From positions 1 through 30,746 of the IMG/VR virus record IMGVR_UViG_3300024038_000024: DNA of 30,746 nucleotides, one strand, 5' to 3'. Positions 1 to 8,340 of this stretch are shown in pieces. The notes beneath the pieces are model-generated. The model did no database searches. It was not told where the DNA came from and saw only the letters and a list, made by a program, of their open reading frames with translations. Every line of letters begins with the position of its first letter. Position 1 is the stretch's first letter. The stretch is from a virus. Lineage: Duplodnaviria; Caudoviricetes. The translations under genes were made by a program, and so were the position numbers.

Positions 1-243
1 TCATCCGTTGGCTCCTGCGCCCATCTCGCGGGCTTCGTTGATGGCATCGGCCATTGCAAACGCCGGGTTGGAATGCGACGCCTTGGCGTGGATGCGAGTG
101 CCACTCTTGCGGGTGAAGACGATCTCTGCGTCGAACGTTTTCCCGCTCCAGTCTTGCTCCAGCTTCACACGACCCAATGACATCGCCTCGGCAAGGAGCG
201 AGTCCATCGTTTCAGCACGGCTGGCGATCGCGATGGCGCTCAT
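1..243 (-). CDS. Hypothetical phage protein (80 aa)
   Basis: ATG at 243 overlaps the TGA of the upstream gene (ATGA coupling); MSAIAIASRAETMDS... Confidence 0.7.
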   Translation of the reverse strand: MSAIAIASRAETMDSLLAEAMSLGRVKLEQDWSGKTFDAEIVFTRKSGTRIHAKASHSNPAFAMADAINEAREMGAGANG

Positions 244-443
244 ACCGCACTCCACTGCTCATCGGTGAGTTCGGGCCGAGGGTCACGATGGCCATCCACA
301 CGACAGCGTTGCTGGGGCAGCAGGATCGTCGCGCATGCCTTCGGGCGAAGCCGCCGACATTCAGGGCATTCCACACCATATGCAGCGCGCAGTCGCTTCT
401 TGTGATCCTTGATCGCGCGGAAGTCGTCGATTGCCTCGCTCAT
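240..443 (-). CDS. Small putative zinc-ribbon protein (67 aa)
   Basis: CPEC...C-x3-H pattern; ATGA overlaps at both ends. Confidence 0.7.
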   Translation of the reverse strand: MSEAIDDFRAIKDHKKRLRAAYGVECPECRRLRPKACATILLPQQRCRVDGHRDPRPELTDEQWSAV

Positions 444-682
444 ATCGGCAGGCCTCCCTCGAATCGCGCCATGGTGGCGGCGGTGTCAGCGTCGACTACG
501 CGAAGATGAATGCCGTCGGCGAGTTCCCGGATGGTGATCGCGGCGCCGGGCGGAAAGCTTGCGATGTCCTCGGCAGTGATCACGGCATGCCCGCCGGCCT
601 TCGCGACCATGATCGCGGCGAGCTTGAACCACTGGTCTCGCATGGCCTGCGTCACGGGGTGATTCTGGTTGAGTTCACTCAT
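440..682 (-). CDS. Hypothetical phage protein (80 aa, [11 protein letters not shown]...)
   Basis: ATG at 682 overlaps the stop of 679..1176; this part has protein-like composition whereas the upstream extension of the ORF-track call does not. Confidence 0.75.
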   Translation of the reverse strand: MSELNQNHPVTQAMRDQWFKLAAIMVAKAGGHAVITAEDIASFPPGAAITIRELADGIHLRVVDADTAATMARFEGGLPI

Positions 683-1176
683 GCTGCTTTCGCTCCACGG
701 TCGGGGGACGGTGCGGCGTCCTGGTGCTTGGTCTTCATGTGTCGGGCGAGCTGCACGAAAGTCCGGTTGCAGTGCGGACAGACGCCGGCGTGGATCCGGC
801 GCTCTGCTCGGCGTGCCTTCGTCTCCGCTTCGTTGAGCCTGGCCAGCGTTGCCTGGTGGCGCCAGTCGGTGAAGAAGCACGCGACCGCCCCAGGGTTGCA
901 GGCCCCGAGCGCGGCGCCCGCCCACAGGGCGGACCAAAAGTGAAACGACCGCTGATCGCGACTGTCGCCGCTGAAGTCCGGCAGGGCGTTGTTACCGCTC
1001 CCGGTGCAGACGTACTTCACGCGGGTGTCCTGGGCGCGGTCGCCTCTGAATTGGCCGCCGCTGCTGTAGGGCGGGTCGGTGATGACCGCATCAATCCCAG
1101 ACAGCAGCGGCAGCACAGCCAGGCAGTCGGCCAGGTACAGCGTCGCGGAGCCGATCTGTACCTTCTCGAAGCTCAT
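679..1176 (-). CDS. Chimeric ORF: N-terminal half of a beta-class N6A/N4C DNA methyltransferase fused to a C2H2 zinc finger
   Basis: LYLADCL...[10 protein letters not shown] catalytic motif and FTDWR, no FxGxG SAM-binding motif, ends [19 protein letters not shown]. Confidence 0.8.
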   Translation of the reverse strand: MSFEKVQIGSATLYLADCLAVLPLLSGIDAVITDPPYSSGGQFRGDRAQDTRVKYVCTGSGNNALPDFSGDSRDQRSFHFWSALWAGAALGACNPGAVACFFTDWRHQATLARLNEAETKARRAERRIHAGVCPHCNRTFVQLARHMKTKHQDAAPSPDRGAKAA

Positions 1177-1655
1177 TCCGTTTCGTCCTCTTCGGTCGAG
1201 ATCGACGCCCGCACCTCATGACGCAGCAGCATCATCAGGGAGGCGGCGAGCTTCTCATCGGGCTCGATGCGCACGCGGAAGGTGAAGGCACAGCTGCCGC
1301 CCTCCTTGGGCTCGATCGCGATCTTGTCGAGTGTCGCGCCCTCGATCTCGATCACGTCCTTCTCCTTGGGTCCGGTGATGAGGCGCACCGTCGCCGAGTA
1401 CTCGCCCTTCCAGTGCAGCGTGCCTAGCTCGGGGTTCTTCACGTGCGGCAGGTGCTCGCCGGCGCCGAGGAGGTCGCCACCTTCCTCGGCCTCGAAGATC
1501 GCCTCGCGCAGCGTATGGCTCGCGCGATCGAGGGCGGTGTTGGCCAGGTCGGTGGTGAGCTTGAGGTCGAGCACTGTGACCTCATCCTCGCCGTGGAACT
1601 CGGGGCGCACGTTGATATGGGCGATGGTCACCGGGTGATTTTCAAACCTGAGCAT
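1173..1655 (-). CDS. Hypothetical phage protein (160 aa, beta-rich; [11 protein letters not shown] motif)
   Basis: AGGAGG RBS (1662-1667, minus strand), coupled to downstream gene by ATGA overlap. Confidence 0.8.
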   Translation of the reverse strand: MLRFENHPVTIAHINVRPEFHGEDEVTVLDLKLTTDLANTALDRASHTLREAIFEAEEGGDLLGAGEHLPHVKNPELGTLHWKGEYSATVRLITGPKEKDVIEIEGATLDKIAIEPKEGGSCAFTFRVRIEPDEKLAASLMMLLRHEVRASISTEEDETE

Positions 1656-1884
1656 GTAGGGCCTCCTGGATCTGGAAGAGCTCGCGGATATAGGCCTCGA
1701 GGTCGAGCTGCAGCTGGGCCATGGCGGCCTCCTGCGCGAGCTCGCCGCGTTCGTGGATGTTCTCCATCTGGCCGTGGCACCAAGCCACGCCCGCGAAGAA
1801 GCACAGGCGCCGCAGGTCGAGCAGCTGGGCGTCGGGGCAATGCCTGAGGGGCAAGGTGAACTCGCCGAAGGCTTCCTCGATCAT
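1642..1884 (-). CDS. Hypothetical phage protein (80 aa)
   Basis: ATGA overlap with upstream gene; RRLCFFAG helix pattern reminiscent of small phage proteins. Confidence 0.7.
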   Translation of the reverse strand: MIEEAFGEFTLPLRHCPDAQLLDLRRLCFFAGVAWCHGQMENIHERGELAQEAAMAQLQLDLEAYIRELFQIQEALHAQV

Positions 1885-3023
1885 GTCGTCTGGCCCTCGA
1901 GCTCCTGGACGCGTGCCTGGTACAGCGCGCGGACCTCTTCCTGCTCGGCCTCGGGCAGCGTGCGGATGAAGTCGGCGGCCTCGTCGAGCTCGATGCGGTC
2001 TCCCGCCTGGGTGAGGAGGCCCTTGAGCTGCGTGGCGCTGATCGCGGCGGGATCAGATGCCGGGGCCGGGGTCGGGGCGGGCGCAGTGTTGGCCCCCTTG
2101 CGGCTCCGGGCCGCGGGCTTCGCCTCTACCGCACGCAGCTCGTCGTCCTGCTTGCCGAGAATCTCGCCCGTGTCGGGGTCTACCGGGGCGCCCGCCGGCG
2201 GCGCTTCCAGCGGCGTGGCGGCCGGCGCGTCGGTAATCGGCACGATGCCCAGCCCCTGGGCTGCTTCGCGGAAGGTCTCGAGGGACGTGCGCGCCGCGGT
2301 GGCCAGTCCCGTGAGCTCGCCGTAGTTGAGCTCGGCAAGGGTCCCGCGGATGAGCACGACAGCCTTCTTCGTGCAATAGGCGACGATCCTCTCGCGCAGC
2401 TGGTCCATCGTGAGCTCTTCGCTGCCTTTGCCCGTCGCGAGACAGCGCTGCTCGAATTCGATGATGACGCTCTGCGGCAGCACTGAGAGCACGCCGTTGC
2501 GGAACGCCTTTGATTCGGCGATCACGTCGTAGTGCGGCCGCAGGTAGAGTTCGCCGTTTCTCTTTCGCTCCATGCGCGGCTCGGACTTGCGGACCTGGAC
2601 GCTGTTGCCGGTCTTCACGTCCTGGATCTCCATGACCACCTCGTAGAAATCGACGTCTTCCGCGAGCGCGGGCAGCTCCACGGTCTTGATGTCCAGCGGC
2701 TCGAAGGTGCGGAAGACGAAGAGCGAGCCCCGCTTCTCGGTCGAGGCGACGATGCGCTGCTTGATGCCCTTGTACTCGGAAGCGAGCTGGCGGGCGCCGA
2801 TGACGGAGATGCCGGCGACCTTCGTGTCGCCGATCGAGAACTGATAGACGAATTCGCGGTTCGCGGCGCCGTGCAGCAGGTTGTCGCGGATGAGCTGCGC
2901 GTCGCGCTCCTGCATGACGTGATAGGCGTCCGCATCGAACGTGCGCACAGGCCGGTTGAGCAGCTGAGCGAACGGATCGGCGGTGGCGCCGGTGGCAATA
3001 GCCTTGAGTGCTTGCGTGGACAT
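1881..3023 (-). CDS. Putative single-strand annealing/recombination protein (divergent RecT/Rad52-like, 380 aa)
   Basis: Directly downstream of YqaJ exonuclease; AAGGAG RBS before ATG 3023; motifs GISVIGARQLA, DVKTG, AESKAFRNGVLSVLP; Pro/Ala linker with VDPDTGEI. Confidence 0.6.
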   Translation of the reverse strand: MSTQALKAIATGATADPFAQLLNRPVRTFDADAYHVMQERDAQLIRDNLLHGAANREFVYQFSIGDTKVAGISVIGARQLASEYKGIKQRIVASTEKRGSLFVFRTFEPLDIKTVELPALAEDVDFYEVVMEIQDVKTGNSVQVRKSEPRMERKRNGELYLRPHYDVIAESKAFRNGVLSVLPQSVIIEFEQRCLATGKGSEELTMDQLRERIVAYCTKKAVVLIRGTLAELNYGELTGLATAARTSLETFREAAQGLGIVPITDAPAATPLEAPPAGAPVDPDTGEILGKQDDELRAVEAKPAARSRKGANTAPAPTPAPASDPAAISATQLKGLLTQAGDRIELDEAADFIRTLPEAEQEEVRALYQARVQELEGQTT

Positions 3024-3045
3024 CTGGGCTCCTTGGGTGGCGGGG

Positions 3046-4059
3046 CTACTTCTTGATGCGCAGGACGCGGAAGTGAGACTCCCGCGCGAACGTGCGCGCG
3101 ATCTCGGGATGGGCGGCCCTAAGGGCCTTCTCGTCGAGCGTGGTGCGCGATTGGTGCTTCCAGGTGGCCAACGCCACGCCATCGAGCCGTAGCTCGGCGG
3201 CGTCCTCGGCGGCCTGAGGATCGGTGAGGCCCCAGCGCTTCGCGATGAAGGAGGCGACGCGGAACTCGGCCGCCTCCTTCTCTTCCTCGAAGGCCTGGAT
3301 CGTCTGGCGGATGCGCTGGACGCGACGGACTTCGTCCGCTATCTCGGGCGTGAGCTCGACCGGCACGCCCATCGCGCGGGCGAAGAGCTGCTTGATGTCG
3401 CCCATGTTCGAGGGGTCGGGCGGCACGCGGGCGAGCACGTGTTCGGTCCAGAAGGCGATCTCTTGGGCGCGCATGCCGGCGATCGTTTCCTCGTCGCGCA
3501 GGATCGGGAAGCCGAGCAGCTCGTCGATGCCGAAGGCTGCGGCCACCAAGCACGCAGGCCGTCCGGTCACGCCGAGGCCGTGCATCGCTTGGGCCGCGTA
3601 CCAGATCGGGATCTCCTCGCTGCCTTCCTCACCCCACTCGTACGCCTTGAAGGGATGCACGGTTTTGATCTCACCGTTGCAGATCGTGCCGTCCGGGATC
3701 GGGGCGAGGGCGGGCCAGTGCTCGCGCGCCGCGCCGTTCATCTCGAATTCGAAGTCGACCTCGGCCGCGATGAAGGGATGCTCGGCATCCTGGTACCGGT
3801 TCGGGTGCTCGTCCGTGGAGAGCCGCGTGACCTTCACGCCGTACTCCCTGGCCAGGTCCTCGGCGACGACTGGCTCCTGGCGCTTGCGCCGGCGGAAGAA
3901 GCGCTCGCGCTCGGCGGTCTGGTCGCCTTCGCCTTCGGTCTTCGCGAGATAGACCTTGAGCGGCGTGTTCCAGGGGGAAACGCCGAGGATGCCTGCGGCG
4001 TCGCTGCCGCCGAGGTAGGTGGTGCGATCGAGGGTGCCGACAGGACGCGGGGCGCTCAC
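3046..4059 (-). CDS. YqaJ-like (lambda-exonuclease family) viral recombinase exonuclease
   Basis: R-x3-LGGSDAAGILGVSPW-TPL-VY, HPFIAAEVD, EIKT, IPIWYAAQAMHGLGVTG; GTG start overlapping upstream TGA. Confidence 0.92.
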   Translation of the reverse strand: MSAPRPVGTLDRTTYLGGSDAAGILGVSPWNTPLKVYLAKTEGEGDQTAERERFFRRRKRQEPVVAEDLAREYGVKVTRLSTDEHPNRYQDAEHPFIAAEVDFEFEMNGAAREHWPALAPIPDGTICNGEIKTVHPFKAYEWGEEGSEEIPIWYAAQAMHGLGVTGRPACLVAAAFGIDELLGFPILRDEETIAGMRAQEIAFWTEHVLARVPPDPSNMGDIKQLFARAMGVPVELTPEIADEVRRVQRIRQTIQAFEEEKEAAEFRVASFIAKRWGLTDPQAAEDAAELRLDGVALATWKHQSRTTLDEKALRAAHPEIARTFARESHFRVLRIKK

Positions 4060-4253
4060 GTCACGCCCCCCCGCGCGAGGTTGCGCTGCACGGTGGCGGG
4101 CACCCAGGCGCGGCCGATAGCCACGCGGGGGCATTTCACCGCCAGGCGACGAGTGAGCCATTGCCGGCGCAGCGCGCGCGGCAAGCTACGGAGAACCGGC
4201 CGATAGCTCATCGGCGAGCGGGTGGAGTAGTCGATGGGTGCGACGGTCTGCAT
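4056..4253 (-). CDS. Hypothetical protein (65 aa, basic)
   Basis: GAGGAGG RBS just upstream; fills the gap in the operon and is coupled to yqaJ. Confidence 0.6.
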   Translation of the reverse strand: MQTVAPIDYSTRSPMSYRPVLRSLPRALRRQWLTRRLAVKCPRVAIGRAWVPATVQRNLARGGVT

Positions 4254-4264
4254 GGCGTGCCTCC

Positions 4265-4570
4265 TCAGTCGAACGATTCAGGGTCGCGGTACGCGCCAGC
4301 GGTGCGTGCGAGTTCGATATCGATGTCGAGCTCGTGCTGCGCCTCGAACTGGGCGCGGTCGCGCACGATGGCGATGAGCTTCGCGGGGTCGTCGTGCATG
4401 AAGCGGACGAGCGCCTCGCGGTATTGGTCGGGGTGCCAGTACTCGGCCTCGTCCATGAGGTCGTGGATGCGGCCGGCGCTATCGAACATCCGCGCCATCC
4501 GCTCCTCGAGCGTGGCGATCGGCGCCGGGTCGTCGGGGCCTGGGTAGTCCCGCGGATCAGGCAGGTCCAT
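4265..4570 (-). CDS. Hypothetical acidic protein (101 aa)
   Basis: GAGGAGG RBS, overlaps rusA end, protein-like composition. Confidence 0.7.
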   Translation of the reverse strand: MDLPDPRDYPGPDDPAPIATLEERMARMFDSAGRIHDLMDEAEYWHPDQYREALVRFMHDDPAKLIAIVRDRAQFEAQHELDIDIELARTAGAYRDPESFD

Positions 4571-5045
4571 GGGTCGCCTCCTCGAAGAGCCCGGATTGCG
4601 GCTGGATGTAGGGAACGATGCCGATGGTCACCTTCACGCAGGGCTCGGGGAGCGGCTCGCCTCGGGCTGCGTCTATGCGCCAGACCCACTTGTCATCGGC
4701 GAACGCGTGGCCCTTCAGGGCATCGACCAGGACCTTGATCGAGTTGTCCAGGTCGATGGAGCGAACGTCGTCATCCCACGCGTCGCCAAGCTTGCGCATG
4801 CGGCGATCGGCATCGAGCGGGCGCTGCGGGTGCAGGGTGAGCGCGAGCGAGATGCGACCTGTGATGGGTATCCGGATGCCGGCCTGCTTGAGCCTCAAGG
4901 CCACCTCGCGCCGGTACGCCTTGGCCTCGTCCGAGACGAAGACCGCGACGCGCCGCTGCGGCCCCTTGCCGACGATGAAGCTTCGCCAGTAGCGATTGGC
5001 CGAGACGGGCCAGGGGAGCGTGAGCGCATAGGCTGTCGTCACCAC
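4557..5045 (-). CDS. rusA: RusA-family Holliday junction resolvase
   Basis: LPWPVSANRYWR N-terminus and DLDNSIKVLVDAL...DD catalytic signature. Confidence 0.9.
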   Translation of the reverse strand: MVTTAYALTLPWPVSANRYWRSFIVGKGPQRRVAVFVSDEAKAYRREVALRLKQAGIRIPITGRISLALTLHPQRPLDADRRMRKLGDAWDDDVRSIDLDNSIKVLVDALKGHAFADDKWVWRIDAARGEPLPEPCVKVTIGIVPYIQPQSGLFEEATHGPA

Positions 5046-5545
5046 ATCGGCACCTCATCGGGTTCTTCGACATGCAGTTCATCGCGCTCGACGGGTGTGA
5101 AGCGCGGCGCCCTGCGTGCGAGTGGGGCGAGTGATCCGTCTGTACCGTCCGGTTGCTCCGCGGGCTGGGTGTTCGGATCCGCTTTCACCTGGCACTCCTT
5201 CGCGAGCATCCAGCGGATACGCACGACCCACCGATAGGGCGTCGGATGCGACGCGCGCTCGGCCTCGGTCGGCGAGAGCTCGGGCCGCCCGTTGCGCGTG
5301 AGGTAGGTGTCGATCGCCTGGTAGCAGCTCCAGTCGCGCATGCCGGCGGCGCGCTGCAGTGCGCGGAAGAACGGCATGCGCTCGCGGATCCTGGTCGTTG
5401 TGCTCTGCAGGTCGCAGTCAGCGCGCGCATGCACGAAGCACCACCAGCCCAGGCCCGGTGCGCCGATGCCCTTCATGACGCCAGGCAGCGGACAGCCGTA
5501 GGCCTGGCAGGTGGGCTGCGAGGGATCCGGGGTCTCGTCGCTCAC
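5039..5545 (-). CDS. Hypothetical replication-region protein with N-terminal C-x4-C...C-x2-H motif
   Basis: CQAYGCPLPG...WWCFVH; GTGA overlap with the rep stop. Confidence 0.7.
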   Translation of the reverse strand: MSDETPDPSQPTCQAYGCPLPGVMKGIGAPGLGWWCFVHARADCDLQSTTTRIRERMPFFRALQRAAGMRDWSCYQAIDTYLTRNGRPELSPTEAERASHPTPYRWVVRIRWMLAKECQVKADPNTQPAEQPDGTDGSLAPLARRAPRFTPVERDELHVEEPDEVPMW

Positions 5546-6540
5546 GGCGCTCTCCGCTGCCTCGCGGCGCGTGCGGCATCGATGCGGGCGCGGTAGGCGG
5601 CCCAGTCCTCACCCGGACGCGCCTCGAGGCCGAGGGCCTTGCCCTGGGCGCGGAGCTCGGCTTCGGATCCGCGGTCGCCCTTGGTCGACGGACGACTCGC
5701 GCTCGCGGCCGCCGGCGCCGGTTCGTCGTCCCAGCGGCACCCGTTCAACCAGGTCGAGGCATAGGGGACGAAGCGTCCGCCTTCCTCCTGCCACTGCGCG
5801 CTCGCCTTCGCGCGCTTGAGCCCGGCTGAGATCCGCTCGGTGAGCGCGGCGTCGGGGGCGAGCTTCTGCCACGCCTTACGCGCGGCCTGCTTCGCATCCT
5901 TGCGGGGATAGGCACCCCAGAAGGCATCGAACCCTGCCTCTACCCCTTCACGCACCCCGCCGGCCTTGCCGGCGGCAGGGGTTGCCGGAGACGTCGTGCG
6001 ATTCGATCCGGCGAGGGGGTAGGGGGGTGTACGGTTTACATCTCTTCTCTTCTCTTCTCTAGGCGTTACGCGTAACGCTTTAGTAACGCTCGGTGCGTCT
6101 GGACGATTCTGCCGCTGCCGTTCCCGGAAACGACGCTGGCGCTCGGCGTTCTTTTCCTTCTGCGGATCGACGTTGTAGCTCTCGAAGAAGCGAGGAAAGA
6201 CGAGGCTCTCCGGCGTTTCGAGCACCCACCCGACGCTCGCCATCGCGACCCCGAAACCGGGAAGGTCGGCGATGTCGTCTATGACCTCAACGGTTGCGCC
6301 GGCGCACTCGAGGTCGATTCCATTCGGAACGCCACGCAGTCGCATGACACCCCAAGTCGACACGAGCGCGCCCACCACCGTGTTACGCATAACGTTACGC
6401 GTGACGGCCATGCCGCACTGGGTCATCTGACCCACGAAGGCGGCGAGCGCGCCGTCCTCGCTCATCAGCAGATCGGCCATGAGGCTGACCTTCGGATCCC
6501 GGTACAGATCCGTGCGCATTTTGACCCAGTCCCCCGACAT
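5542..6540 (-). CDS. Phage replication initiator / replisome organizer (332 aa)
   Basis: MSGDWVKMRTDLYRDPKV N-terminus, AERQRRFRERQ helix, REEKRR linker, FDAFWGAYPRKDAKQAARKAW and YASTWLNGCRWDDE C-terminal motifs; internal iterons. Confidence 0.88.
   Translation of the reverse strand: MSGDWVKMRTDLYRDPKVSLMADLLMSEDGALAAFVGQMTQCGMAVTRNVMRNTVVGALVSTWGVMRLRGVPNGIDLECAGATVEVIDDIADLPGFGVAMASVGWVLETPESLVFPRFFESYNVDPQKEKNAERQRRFRERQRQNRPDAPSVTKALRVTPREEKRRDVNRTPPYPLAGSNRTTSPATPAAGKAGGVREGVEAGFDAFWGAYPRKDAKQAARKAWQKLAPDAALTERISAGLKRAKASAQWQEEGGRFVPYASTWLNGCRWDDEPAPAAASASRPSTKGDRGSEAELRAQGKALGLEARPGEDWAAYRARIDAARAARQRRAP
6041..6089. repeat. Putative replication origin element inside rep: pyrimidine tract plus perfect 16-bp palindrome
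   Basis: (TCTCT)4 at 6041-6060; GCGTTACGCGTAACGC at 6063-6078; extra GTAACGC at 6083-6089. Confidence 0.65.
6382..6405. repeat. Second iteron cluster inside rep
   Basis: Tandem GTTACGCATAAC and GTTACGCGTGAC, each one mismatch from the GTTACGCGTAAC core at 6065-6076. Confidence 0.6.
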
Positions 6541-6809
6541 CAGTCCGCGCCGGCACGGTGCGCAGCAGGCGTCGGGATGCGGACCAGCCCACGGCTGGCG
6601 AGGAACTCGTCGATCGTGGAGCGCTTCCAGTACCGCTCACCGTTCGGTGTGCGAATCGGTGCAAGTTCGGGCGCCTTGGCGTAGCGCCGATGCCAGGTGC
6701 GCTTGTGGATCCCGAGATAGCTGACGACCTCATCCAGCGTCAGATGCTCGCCCCACTCCTTCGACGAGGGCTCGCCCTTCCCATCCTGCGGGTGTTCGTG
6801 ATGGCGCAT
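6540..6809 (-). CDS. Xis/AlpA-like (MerR-type winged HTH) DNA-binding protein, 89 aa
   Basis: LTLDEVVSYLGIHKRTWHR...PIRTPNGERYWKRSTIDEFL; AAGGAG RBS at 6815-6820. Confidence 0.85.
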   Translation of the reverse strand: MRHHEHPQDGKGEPSSKEWGEHLTLDEVVSYLGIHKRTWHRRYAKAPELAPIRTPNGERYWKRSTIDEFLASRGLVRIPTPAAHRAGAD

Positions 6810-6810
6810 G

Positions 6811-7063
6811 GTGACTCCTTGTGACGTTGCGTGACGCCTCATGACTACGCGAGGCAAAACAACAAAATCCGCTTTCAAGCCTTTGTTTTATCGTCTCTTT
6901 ATGGCGCACCATGGCGCCACCAGAGAGTGATAGACCCGGCGTGAAGGGAGCGCAAGAATGTCGTCACCGGCCGCGACTTTTCGCACGCCTATCAATGTCC
7001 CTTGTTGTCCCGTCGTGTCCCTTGTCGTAGCATCCGCCGGCATCGCAGAGGAGGCGTCACGCA
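6811..7063. promoter_or_regulatory. Divergent control region with phased repeats, flanking 13-bp inverted repeat and IHF-like site
   Basis: RTGAC at 6811/6821/6831/6841; TGTCCC at 6996/7006/7016; TGCGTGACGCCTC (6828-6840) and its exact reverse complement GAGGCGTCACGCA (7051-7063); TTTCAAGCCTTTG (6873-6885), 1 mismatch to WATCAANNNNTTR, with an upstream A-tract. Confidence 0.7.
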
Positions 7064-7692
7064 TGAGCCAGGCAAGCCGAAGGGCCATCCGCATTGCGCA
7101 GGTGGACGAGATCGCGAGGGAGCGCACGGCCAGGATCTCCGCGCGCAACGCGCCGCACTTCCCGCTTTTCAACGCGCGGCTGCGCCAGGTCATCGATGGC
7201 GTCGGCGCGGGCTTCGAGGCGAGGTACTGGACGCTCATCCAGCTGGCTGACGACTTGACGGCCGCCACGCAAGACGACGTCGCCTGCCATCGGGGGTGCT
7301 CCCACTGCTGCCACATCGCCGTGGGCGTGATCACGCTCGAGGCGGAGGCGATCGGAAAGCGGATCGGCGTCGCGCCGCAGGACGTACCTGGGCGCCTCGA
7401 CTTCAAGGACATCTCCTGGGGCTACCACAACCCTTGTGGATTCCTCGTCGGTGGCGAGTGCTCGATCTATGCCCACCGTCCGCTCGCCTGCCGGATCCAG
7501 TACAGCGTCGCGCCGACCGAGGATCCCTGCCGGCACATTCCCGCGAACGCCGGCGTCGGGGTCCCGTACCTCAACTTGAACATGTTCCACACGGCGGTCA
7601 TCCAGATCGCCATTGAGAGCGGCCGTAACTTTGCTCTAGGCGACATCCGCGAGTTCTGGCCGCAAGGCCTGCAGACGAAGGAGGCGAAATGA
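7063..7692 (+). CDS. YkgJ/FliB-family cysteine-cluster (Zn or Fe-S) protein
   Basis: CHRGCSHCC...PCGFLVGGECSIYAHRPLACR signature; GAGGAGG RBS at 7048-7054. Confidence 0.9.
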   Translation: MSQASRRAIRIAQVDEIARERTARISARNAPHFPLFNARLRQVIDGVGAGFEARYWTLIQLADDLTAATQDDVACHRGCSHCCHIAVGVITLEAEAIGKRIGVAPQDVPGRLDFKDISWGYHNPCGFLVGGECSIYAHRPLACRIQYSVAPTEDPCRHIPANAGVGVPYLNLNMFHTAVIQIAIESGRNFALGDIREFWPQGLQTKEAK

Positions 7693-8057
7693 AGGATGAC
7701 CCGATCCAGGCTGACCTGGTTGAACGCATGAATGCCCTAGCGTTCTTGCTCGAGGAGGAGGCATTGCCCGGGTGGGGCTTCGCGCTCCTCGTCTTCCCGT
7801 TCGGGAAGGAGGGACGGATGAACTACATCAGCAACGCGGAGCGCAGCGACATGGTCAAGGCCATGAAGGAGTTCATCGCCCGCAATGACGACCCGTTGCT
7901 CGCGACCCCTGCACCGCAGGCGGCCGAGCCGGTGGCGTGGATCAACTGGAATGCGCTCACTGGCGAGCGCAGCGTCAGTTTTCAGCGTGCGTCTGACCTC
8001 GCGTCTGAGCCGCTCTACGCGGCCCCACCTTCGGAGAGGAGTTCAGACCATGTTTGA
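7689..8057 (+). CDS. Phage hypothetical protein (GFALLVFPF...NYISNA motif) with a C-terminal EPVAW...PLYAAP module
   Basis: ATGA overlap, AAGGAGG RBS; both motifs recognised from recurrent small phage proteins. Confidence 0.8.
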   Translation: MKDDPIQADLVERMNALAFLLEEEALPGWGFALLVFPFGKEGRMNYISNAERSDMVKAMKEFIARNDDPLLATPAPQAAEPVAWINWNALTGERSVSFQRASDLASEPLYAAPPSERSSDHV

Positions 8058-8340
8058 CTGGAACGGCAAGCCCTATCCGAAAGAGGTCCTCGACGCTATC
8101 GGGGTCGACGTCGCTCAGCAGATGCTCATGACGGCGGCGGCGGATTCGTTGCGGGATCTGATCGGCGCGGGGGCCGTGATCATCTGCGCGATTCCTTCTG
8201 AGCCGCGTCCGTTTGATGACGTCCATCTTCTTCAGGCAGTGTGTTCCCTCGACGGAAAGTCAGATTTCATGAGCGACGTCCCGCGCGTGCTGCATCTCAT
8301 GGCGGAGCAAATGGAACGCGACATGAAGGGTGGCTCGTGA
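8050..8340 (+). CDS. Hypothetical protein (96 aa)
   Basis: GAGGAG RBS, ATG 8050, overlaps neighbours. Confidence 0.7.
   Translation: MFDWNGKPYPKEVLDAIGVDVAQQMLMTAAADSLRDLIGAGAVIICAIPSEPRPFDDVHLLQAVCSLDGKSDFMSDVPRVLHLMAEQMERDMKGGS

Noticed and set aside
6880-6910. dif-like site or tRNA-derived att core (minus strand GGTGCGCCATAA resembles the XerC arm)
   Set aside because: Needs an inserted base, has no XerD arm, and there is no T-loop sequence to support a tRNA 3' end
853-6923. 12-bp inverted match CTGGTGGCGCCA (853-864, at the MTase fusion junction) and TGGCGCCACCAG (6912-6923) as recombinase sites
   Set aside because: Inversion would not restore an MTase C-terminus (it reads HQRVIDPA then stop); a GC-rich 12-mer found post hoc is plausibly chance
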